A stretch of 48,241 nucleotides of DNA from a virus. Lineage: Duplodnaviria; Heunggongvirae; Uroviricota; Caudoviricetes. The translations under genes were made by a program, and so were the position numbers. Below, in pieces: positions 39,137 through 45,835 of this stretch. Under the pieces are notes generated by a model. The model did not search any database, had not been told where the DNA came from, and was given only the letters and a program-made list of their open reading frames with translations. The stretch's first letter is position 1. Each line of letters opens with the position of its first letter. The stretch spans positions 1 to 48,241 of the IMG/VR virus record IMGVR_UViG_2617270956_000008, one strand, 5' to 3'.

Positions 39137-39331
39137 AGATATACCTCCAGTTAAGGATTAAATTTTATTTACAGTGCTGAACTTAATTATTCAGATTTGG
39201 ATTATGCTTTCTCTTCACGAAGTTCCGATTGTTAATTTGGCTCACAACAGCACCTTCTGAAAATTACCCTGATAGAAAGCCAGTACACGCTGCATAGCTT
39301 CGCTCTTCCGGCACTCGCTACAGATTATGTT

Positions 39332-39664
39332 TTAACGCCTGTCGTAGCGGCGTATTTCTCCGTCTGGTAATGACCAGATAAGGTCAGGATCAACCACAGA
39401 TGGTTTCTTCAGATTTGCCCTTGAGAGTTTTTTGCGGGCGTTTTGCCAGTCCTTACGCGCCTGTTCAGACGGGAATAACCCGTAACCAGAGTTGTATACA
39501 TCGCCACTGGCAACCAGCTCTCTGGCGAGAACACTCATCAGATATCTTGTCGCACCTGTCTTGGCTTCCAGTTGCCGCAACGTCTCGCGACCGCTCAGAC
39601 GTACAAGTTCAACAACCTGCCCTTTAATTTTTTCCCGCTCTTCTTGTGTAAATACTTTTGCCAT
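39332..39664 (-). CDS. hypothetical phage protein (about 110 aa)
   Basis: ATG (M6 of the track ORF) with GGAGG SD 5 nt upstream. Confidence 0.45.
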   Translation of the reverse strand: MAKVFTQEEREKIKGQVVELVRLSGRETLRQLEAKTGATRYLMSVLARELVASGDVYNSGYGLFPSEQARKDWQNARKKLSRANLKKPSVVDPDLIWSLPDGEIRRYDRR

Positions 39665-39679
39665 AAGCGCCTCCGGCAA

Positions 39680-40441
39680 TCACTTTTCCGATACAACACG
39701 GCGGGAAGAATCAGTAATCTGTCGAACAATATCCCGGTGCTTGTTCAGCTCCCGCAGCGCGGCGCAGACTCGCTCCCACTTCTGAACATCACTTTTCGCC
39801 CTGCGCAGCGCCAGGTTTGCCCTGCGAAGGGACGGAAAAATCAGCTCATCTGCTTGCGTTTCGGTAAACGATGGCAACGACTGCACAATGTCCGCCACAG
39901 TTTCTGTTTTAATTTCTTCCTGTGTTGCGGCTTCCCGGACTGGTAACGCAGCACCTGCTGGCTGAGGAAAGGCCTTACCATCACTTTCCTTTACCAGCGC
40001 GGCTTTCGGCTCTGCTGGTAAATTATCGCCCGGCATGCAGTAACGAAATTTACCGTTCTGATTAACGCGAATCAGACGACCTTTACTGATTGCCATTGCC
40101 AGCGTTGAAGCCACTTTGCGTGATGTGATGCCGAAAAACGTAGCCAGTTCATCCGCCGTTTGTGGGCCACGTTGTTCAATCGTCGCAGTTAAATCGCTCT
40201 CCGAAATTTTAGCGACTGTTGCCGTGGTGGTTTCTTCCGACAGTTCTGCCGGCGCTGGCTGTTCCCGCTGAACGTTGTTATAAGCCACACGCCAGGTGTA
40301 CGCGCTTTTATCAACGAAACCAGCCTTTTTCAGTTCCCATAGTTCGTTCAGCACTTCTTCACGACTGATATCAAGTCGCGCAGCCAGTTCTACCGACGTG
40401 GCTTTTCCCATCACTTTCAGTGCGTCAAAAACAGTCTCCAT
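39680..40441 (-). CDS. hypothetical protein, possible winged-helix DNA-binding protein (253 aa)
   Basis: Two HTH-like segments; downstream of the P-like gene. Confidence 0.45.
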   Translation of the reverse strand: METVFDALKVMGKATSVELAARLDISREEVLNELWELKKAGFVDKSAYTWRVAYNNVQREQPAPAELSEETTTATVAKISESDLTATIEQRGPQTADELATFFGITSRKVASTLAMAISKGRLIRVNQNGKFRYCMPGDNLPAEPKAALVKESDGKAFPQPAGAALPVREAATQEEIKTETVADIVQSLPSFTETQADELIFPSLRRANLALRRAKSDVQKWERVCAALRELNKHRDIVRQITDSSRRVVSEK

Positions 40442-40473
40442 AAATTTCCTCCCGGTAAAAATTACTTCTCAAC

Positions 40474-41139
40474 TCAAACAAACCCAGCCGCTTTCCGGCG
40501 TTCATATTCCTGTTTCAGCAACTCAATTGGCGTTGGCCCCGACGGGCGTTTGGGTGCCGCCAGTTGTCGCCGGACTGGCGGAACGCTCAGGCCGTTACTA
40601 ACATGCTTTGCCCATTTCGCCAGCTGCCGTTCTGCAAGCCGTTTTAATTCCCCTTCGGTCATCTGGCGCTCAATCCCCTTTGAACGCATCTCGAGGCAAA
40701 TGTGATACAGCACAGGCTGAGACCACGGGTACTTATCACTTCCGTCATATCGCCAGGACTCATTGCGCCAGCGGCGGTACTCCTCCATCACAGCATCCAC
40801 CGTCAGACCGAATGGATTGGCTCCGCTTTCCGAAATCAGTGCCACAAACTCAGCCAGGTCCGGAGGCCATGTTTCACCCGCCCGGCAGCGGTCCATGCAC
40901 TGGCGGCAGACCTGTCGGATTTGCTGCTCAGTCATCGCGCCAATCTGTGCAATCCAGAGCTTCGAAGGTGCGGCCCCGTTCTTCTGGGTCCAGCGGTTCG
41001 AATAAACCTCCCCCATGAGTTCCCACAGCTTCCAGACCGTTTCCGTCGCTGATAAATCCGTTTTCACGTTCCCACTGCTCACGTGCTGCCCGAATTTCCT
41101 GAACTGCCCGTGATGCGGTGCCACCTGGTGCTGCTGCAT
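40474..41139 (-). CDS. replication protein P-like (helicase loader), 221 aa
   Basis: Pattern GAMTEQQIRQV...YPWSQPVLYHICLEM...TEGELKRLAERQL parallels lambda P as recalled; overlaps the O-like ORF out of frame by 212 nt. Confidence 0.55.
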   Translation of the reverse strand: MQQHQVAPHHGQFRKFGQHVSSGNVKTDLSATETVWKLWELMGEVYSNRWTQKNGAAPSKLWIAQIGAMTEQQIRQVCRQCMDRCRAGETWPPDLAEFVALISESGANPFGLTVDAVMEEYRRWRNESWRYDGSDKYPWSQPVLYHICLEMRSKGIERQMTEGELKRLAERQLAKWAKHVSNGLSVPPVRRQLAAPKRPSGPTPIELLKQEYERRKAAGFV

Positions 41140-42043
41140 GGTTTACCCCCTTGCTGACTGGTTTAACCTGCGCCCTGACGTGATTTACGTGACGGGCGAA
41201 TTTCTGCTCCCACTGAATCTGCGTAAACACTTTCCCCTCCGCTGCCCAGTAGTCCCGGAAGGCGGCAAGTTCAGCAGGTGTAAATTCTGTCTCCGGCAAA
41301 GCCATCCCCCACAACGCAGCCCGTCGTCGAAAATCCCGTGACGGATACCAGCTATCGGTCATCGGAAATTTTCCGATGGGTTCGCTCAGGCCATCCAGGA
41401 ATACAAGGGGTGCTGCCTGTAACGACAAAACTTCCTGCTCACTGGTCGGAGCACTCTCGCGTGCGTTATGTGTGGGGTTTAGATCTTTGGGTTCCTTTGG
41501 GTTCCGTGATCCGTTTTTGGGTGTCTTTGATGGAAAATTTGGGTGTCTTTGGTTATTTTCCATGCAGCTAAGAGTTCCGTTTTTGGGTCTGTTTTGTGCT
41601 GAAACATAACCATTTTCGGTACTGTTTTTATTAACAGCACCAATTTTACCCACCTTTAAAGACTCCCGTTTTTGGGTGTATTCAGGCTCGGCAACACTTT
41701 CTTCTACACCGATAAGTCGGTACACCACAATTTGCTTTGTTCTGCCTTTTCTCTCACCGGTATCAACAATTAACCCAATCTCCATCAGGTGTCGTAAGCT
41801 GTCCTGCACAGTCTTTTTGTTCAGTTCCGTTACTTCTGCCAGTGCAGATACAGACGGGTATGCACACAAATCGGCACCGCACATATCAGCAAGCCAGGTC
41901 AATACAGACTTACTGGATGAACTGCCGGTTTTCACCTTTTTAGCCCATCGTAGTGCATCGATACTCATACAAACCCCTGGCAGACATTTGTTTATCTGCA
42001 AAGTAATATTGATATTGCTGACGATACGCATGCTTGAAAGCAA
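40928..42043 (-). CDS. replication initiator O-like protein (N-terminal HTH), up to 371 aa
   Basis: Position after the YdaT-like and Cro-like genes; the true start is probably the ATG at 41968 (MSIDALRWAKK...). Confidence 0.55.
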   Translation of the reverse strand: MLSSMRIVSNINITLQINKCLPGVCMSIDALRWAKKVKTGSSSSKSVLTWLADMCGADLCAYPSVSALAEVTELNKKTVQDSLRHLMEIGLIVDTGERKGRTKQIVVYRLIGVEESVAEPEYTQKRESLKVGKIGAVNKNSTENGYVSAQNRPKNGTLSCMENNQRHPNFPSKTPKNGSRNPKEPKDLNPTHNARESAPTSEQEVLSLQAAPLVFLDGLSEPIGKFPMTDSWYPSRDFRRRAALWGMALPETEFTPAELAAFRDYWAAEGKVFTQIQWEQKFARHVNHVRAQVKPVSKGVNHAAAPGGTASRAVQEIRAAREQWERENGFISDGNGLEAVGTHGGGLFEPLDPEERGRTFEALDCTDWRDD

Positions 42044-42491
42044 TAGCTTTTTCTATAAGCTCGTCAGTCTCACGTTCCACAACAGCTGGATCCGCAAAAA
42101 GCAGCCCGGACTCCACCACATCGCCATATTCTTTGTTTAATCCGGCGATCATGTACGTAATGCTTTTTCCATCACTGATCTCACGATACAACCTGAAATC
42201 ACTAATTCGGATAGCCTCCATAATTGCCGGAATCAGCGCCGTGAATTTTTTCCGCTTATCCCTGGTGTCGATAGCTTTCCAGCGTTCGAATATCTTCACC
42301 CGGTTAACGCCCAGCGCCCGTTGATCAACCTCGCCATCATTAAACGTGACGCGTTGAACATCGATGTTCGGGCGTTCTTTCAGAGCCCAGAATGCTTCCG
42401 TGATTAATATCGTCGCTTGCTCCTGTGTCATTCCTGGTCGACATACCCAGGCATCCAGAGCCTCACAAACCTGTTCAGGGGTGATTTTCAT
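41940..42491 (-). CDS. YdaT-like (CII-like) regulator, 183 aa
   Basis: Directly downstream of the Cro-like gene; the LIPAIMEAI segment resembles Rac YdaT as recalled. Confidence 0.45.
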   Translation of the reverse strand: MKITPEQVCEALDAWVCRPGMTQEQATILITEAFWALKERPNIDVQRVTFNDGEVDQRALGVNRVKIFERWKAIDTRDKRKKFTALIPAIMEAIRISDFRLYREISDGKSITYMIAGLNKEYGDVVESGLLFADPAVVERETDELIEKAIAFKHAYRQQYQYYFADKQMSARGLYEYRCTTMG

Positions 42492-42702
42492 TGTTCAACC
42501 GCCCCGCCCGCTTTGCCTTACGATATTCGTCATAAACTTTGGGGTCGTACTGAAGTTCCCCGCCGGATGCCTCCTGTAGACGCATCGCGCGACCTTCAGG
42601 AACCAGTTTCCCCCATGCAGCAACGCTTGCCAGCCTAACTCCTGCGGCATTGGCAAGCTTTGTTTTGCTGCCAAAAAACGCTATAGCATCAATTTTCAAC
42701 AT
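42475..42702 (-). CDS. dicC: Cro-like repressor DicC, 75 aa
   Basis: FFGSKTKLANAAGVRLASVAAW HTH; divergent from dicA; close to Qin DicC as recalled. Confidence 0.8.
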   Translation of the reverse strand: MLKIDAIAFFGSKTKLANAAGVRLASVAAWGKLVPEGRAMRLQEASGGELQYDPKVYDEYRKAKRAGRLNNENHP

Positions 42703-42778
42703 ATCGAACTCCTTAGATTTTCCTAAGGAAACTAGATCGTAGAGAAACCTAAGTCAAGAAAAATTAGAATTACCTAAT
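42703..42778. promoter_or_regulatory. divergent dicC/dicA promoter-operator region with four CCT(A/T)AG motifs
   Basis: CCTTAG 42711-42716, CCTAAGG 42722-42728, CCTAAG 42748-42753, CCTAAT 42773-42778. Confidence 0.5.
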
Positions 42779-43186
42779 ATGAAAAACGAAACCTTCGGTG
42801 CTCGCCTCTTATACAGGCGTAAAAAATTAAAACTGTCTCAGGCCGCATTAGGTAAGCTGGTCAAAGTGGCTCACGTAACAATTTCTCAATGGGAAAGAGA
42901 TGAAACACAGCCAGCAGGGAAGAGATTATTCGCACTGAGCCAGGCGCTTCAGTGCTCGCCGACTTGGCTTCTTTTTGGAGATGAAGATAAGCAACCAGGC
43001 GAACCGATCCCAGATAATCAGCCAGTTAATCTGACAGAAGATCAAAAAGAGTTGCTTCAACTGTTCGACGCACTGCCTGAGTCAGAGCAAAAGGCTCTGT
43101 TGTCAGAGATGCGTGCTCGAGTTGAGAATTTCAACAAACTTTTTGAAGAACTACTCAAAGCTCGCAAAAGAAGCGCAAATAAATAA
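42779..43186 (+). CDS. dicA: immunity repressor DicA (HTH-XRE, no peptidase domain), 135 aa
   Basis: Aligns along its length with Qin DicA as recalled (…SQWERDETQPAGKRLFALSQALQCSPTWLLFGDEDKQP…MRARVENFNKLFEELLKAR). Confidence 0.9.
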   Translation: MKNETFGARLLYRRKKLKLSQAALGKLVKVAHVTISQWERDETQPAGKRLFALSQALQCSPTWLLFGDEDKQPGEPIPDNQPVNLTEDQKELLQLFDALPESEQKALLSEMRARVENFNKLFEELLKARKRSANK

Positions 43187-43287
43187 CCCCCCCTTTTTTT
43201 TTCGCCACTCTCTGTAATAAAAAGCACAAACTTTCAAATACTTGTGTTTTTTACATCAAAAAACTTAGGTTTTTCTACATAAAAAGC

Positions 43288-43317
43288 TTGACCACAATTC
43301 TTAGGTTATTCTAAATT
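43288..43317 (+). promoter_or_regulatory. putative promoter of the ydfA-dicB operon with embedded CTTAGG operator motif
   Basis: -35 TTGACC (43288-43293), 18-bp spacer containing CTTAGG (43300-43305), -10 TAAATT (43312-43317). Confidence 0.35.
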
Positions 43318-43393
43318 CTACTCATCAAGACACCGCACGGTGTTCTCAGCAAACAGTTCCGCTACCCTGGCGTTAAGGGGAAATGAGGTCAGC

Positions 43394-43549
43394 ATGGATA
43401 CTATCGATCTTGGCAACAACGAATCTCTGGTATGCGGCGTGTTTCCCAACCAGGACGGCACGTTTACCGCGATGACGTATACCAGAAGCAAAACGTTTAA
43501 AACCGAAAATGATGCCCGTCGCTGGCTGGAAAGAAACTCAGGTGAGTGA
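43394..43549 (+). CDS. ydfA: YdfA-like protein, 51 aa
   Basis: Internal ATG with GAGG SD; MDTIDLGNNESLVCGVFPNQDGTFTAMTYTRSKTFKTENDARRWLERNSGE matches Qin YdfA as recalled. Confidence 0.8.
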   Translation: MDTIDLGNNESLVCGVFPNQDGTFTAMTYTRSKTFKTENDARRWLERNSGE

Positions 43550-43550
43550 T

Positions 43551-43754
43551 ATGGATTTCGACACAATCATGGAAAGGCTTACGAAGAATACTTCGAAGAC
43601 CTTGCCGAAGGCGAAGAAGCTCTCAGCTTCAGTGAGTTTAAACAGGCGCTTTCCAGCTCGGCAAAATCTAACGGCTGATAAGCGAAGTAGCACCGCGAGG
43701 AATCAGTATGCAGAAACGAGAACCCGTCATAATCGCGCCAGACTATACCGATGA
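43551..43754 (+). CDS. YdfB-like small protein (uncertain extent)
   Basis: ATG 1 nt after the ydfA TGA (MDFDTIMERL...); the ORF overlaps the ydfC start by 47 nt, so the real stop or frame may differ. Confidence 0.3.
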   Translation: MDFDTIMERLTKNTSKTLPKAKKLSASVSLNRRFPARQNLTADKRSSTARNQYAETRTRHNRARLYR

Positions 43755-43926
43755 TGAACTTTATGAGTGGATGCGCCAGAAAATTAATGCAGCGCAGGAT
43801 CTGAAATGGGCTAATGAAGCCAGGGCTAAGCAGGCTGAAAATCTGTCCGCTCTGGAGCAGGATATCACCAATCTGGAAAAAGCAGCGGCATTAAGCATTG
43901 CCAGAATGATTACATACCCGCGTTAA
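43708..43926 (+). CDS. ydfC: YdfC-like protein, 72 aa
   Basis: ATG with GAGGA SD 6 nt upstream; MQKREPVIIAPDYTDDELYEWMRQKINAAQ... matches Qin YdfC as recalled. Confidence 0.8.
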   Translation: MQKREPVIIAPDYTDDELYEWMRQKINAAQDLKWANEARAKQAENLSALEQDITNLEKAAALSIARMITYPR

Positions 43927-44267
43927 TAGCTAACCAACGAAGCTAAGGTTGGTAATTAAGGAGTTCTCCACGGGTGAGGTGGAGTGCGTGCGCCGGACAC
44001 GGGTGAGCATCCGGCACTGACAGTTTACTGAAAGGATATTTCCCTGAAAAGTCAGACCATAACGCGAAAGCGCACGGCGAGGTAGCTGGTTCATAGATAG
44101 CCTGTCGTTAAATTTTCGTCGACCGTGCGCTTCCGGTTGTGGCAATCCGCGAAATGGCGCGGCGGTAAGTATGGCGGGGGTATTTCTTCCCCCGTTGAGG
44201 ACACCGGGTTGTCAGGTTGACCATACGCTTAAGTGACAACCCCGCTGCAACGCCCTCTGTTATCAAT

Positions 44268-44325
44268 TTTCTGGTGACGTTTGGCGGTATCAGTTCTACT
44301 CCGTGACTGCTCTGCCGCCCTTTTT
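44268..44325 (+). ncRNA. dicF: DicF small regulatory RNA
   Basis: TTTCTGGTGACGTTTGGCGGTATCAGTTCTACTCCGTGACTGCTCTGCCGCCCTTTTT nearly matches DicF as recalled; GGCGG/CCGCC terminator stem plus T-run. Confidence 0.8.
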
Positions 44326-44799
44326 AAAGTGAATTTTGTGATGCGGTGAATGCGGCTAAGCGCACGCGGAACAGTTAAAACCAAAAACAGTGTTATGGGT
44401 GGATTCTCTGTATCCGGCGTTAATTGTTAACTGGTTAACGTCACCTGGAGGCACCAGGCACCGCATCAACAAAGTTCACTTCGGTGATGAAAGGTAGAGA
44501 AAATGTTGAATGTAGCTATTGAAAACCAGAACGGGTGGAATTATAGTGCACCAGCACCTCATAAAACGGGTGCCGGGCGTGGAAACCCGAAATCATTCAC
44601 GGCGCATAACCGCGCTCAGGCGGTTTTTTTATGCGTTAAGCACAGCCACATTCGCATTATGGTGGGGCGTGCAGGGCAGCCGCAAGGCTGGCCGGGTTCC
44701 GTGATGACCGGTATTTCCACCCCTGTACGTCTCACCACCCTTATGGTCGTGGAAAACCTCGGTGGTGAGTTAATCAAATTCATCGCGGAGGCTGCCATC

Positions 44800-45357
44800 A
44801 TGGCTACTATCCTTACCCTTTCTCACCCTGACGTAACCATCGAAAATGGTCGCGCTGTCACTACGTCTGTTGCGATCGCCGAGTTCTTTGGCAAACGCCA
44901 CGAACGAGTGTTGGATAAAATTCACAATCTGGACTGTTCAGCAAAATTCACTGAGCACAATTTTGTGTTGAGCGAATACACCGACTCAACCGGGCGCAAA
45001 CTCCCAATGTACCAAATCACCAAAAACGGCTTCGTTTTCCTGGTGATGGGGTTCACAGGTAAAAAAGCCGCAACTTTCAAAGAAGCCTACATCGCTGAGT
45101 TCGATCGCATGGAGGAAGAACTGCGCCAGAATAACGCCCCGTCTCCCGACAAAATGATTCACGGGGACGGACGCACCCTGGTTATCCGTCTCGACGAACA
45201 CGGCAATATCAAATTCACTGAAACCGTTCCTGACGGCGCAATGGTCTGCACCCTGGATACCTTCCGGTTTTATCTGGAGAAACAAGGATGGACTCTTGTA
45301 AACCGGAGCGCAATTAAAAATATGACTGTGGAGCAATTGCTAAAAATTCATTGTTGA
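44800..45357 (+). CDS. Rha-family phage regulatory protein (possible antirepressor), 185 aa
   Basis: ATG with GGAGG SD 8 nt upstream; Rha-type motif RAVTTSVAIAEFFGKRHERVLDKIHNLD. The track ORF starts at 44503, but its N-terminal 99 aa look non-coding. Confidence 0.6.
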   Translation: MATILTLSHPDVTIENGRAVTTSVAIAEFFGKRHERVLDKIHNLDCSAKFTEHNFVLSEYTDSTGRKLPMYQITKNGFVFLVMGFTGKKAATFKEAYIAEFDRMEEELRQNNAPSPDKMIHGDGRTLVIRLDEHGNIKFTETVPDGAMVCTLDTFRFYLEKQGWTLVNRSAIKNMTVEQLLKIHC

Positions 45358-45367
45358 GGACGCGATA

Positions 45368-45556
45368 ATGGAAACGTCACTACCAAACGTTAATACGTCT
45401 GACGGGTGCTTTAATATTGGTGTTCTGCTCAGTAACAGGGATTTCACCGAGGATGCAATCAATATGAGAAAATATGAACCCTACCTGCTGAATGACAATT
45501 CCATACTCTCCAGAATTGCCCTTCTTAAACTCGGTATTTTCGGAGAGTGGCGATGA
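45368..45556 (+). CDS. dicB: cell-division inhibitor DicB, 62 aa
   Basis: LPNVNTSDGCFNIGV...FTEDAIN matches the N-terminal half of DicB as recalled. Confidence 0.8.
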   Translation: METSLPNVNTSDGCFNIGVLLSNRDFTEDAINMRKYEPYLLNDNSILSRIALLKLGIFGEWR

Positions 45557-45756
45557 ACACATTATTCATACTCATTCTGACTGTATATCTCAATACTGGT
45601 GAGTCGCTTGATGCAATCACCGGCATGTACAACTCAATGAAAGAATGCATGGCTGCCGCAGCGGAACAGAAAATTCCCGGCAACTGTTATCCGGTCGATA
45701 AAGTTATTCACATGGACAATAACGAAATCCCGGCAGGATTAAAAACAGCGCCGTAA
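45553..45756 (+). CDS. ydfD: YdfD-like small lysis-associated membrane protein, 67 aa
   Basis: ATGA overlap with the dicB stop; MNTLFILILTVYLNTGESLDAITGMYNSMKECMAAAAEQKIPGNCYPVDKVIH matches YdfD as recalled. Confidence 0.8.
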   Translation: MNTLFILILTVYLNTGESLDAITGMYNSMKECMAAAAEQKIPGNCYPVDKVIHMDNNEIPAGLKTAP

Positions 45757-45835
45757 TTAATATCCAGTTTCATTTTTATATGCCAGCAATGGCAGGGATT
45801 TGTTCACCCTTAAATCTGTAATGAGGTAAAACAAA

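Noticed and set aside
43930-44267. Novel structured ncRNA upstream of Rha
   Set aside because: The 3' end of this region is DicF, so the structure is better explained as the dicF precursor; kept only as a moderate-interest finding.
44503-44799. N-terminal 99-aa extension of the Rha ORF
   Set aside because: The Rha domain begins at an internal ATG with a good GGAGG SD; the upstream part has non-protein-like composition and overlaps conserved non-coding sequence downstream of dicF.
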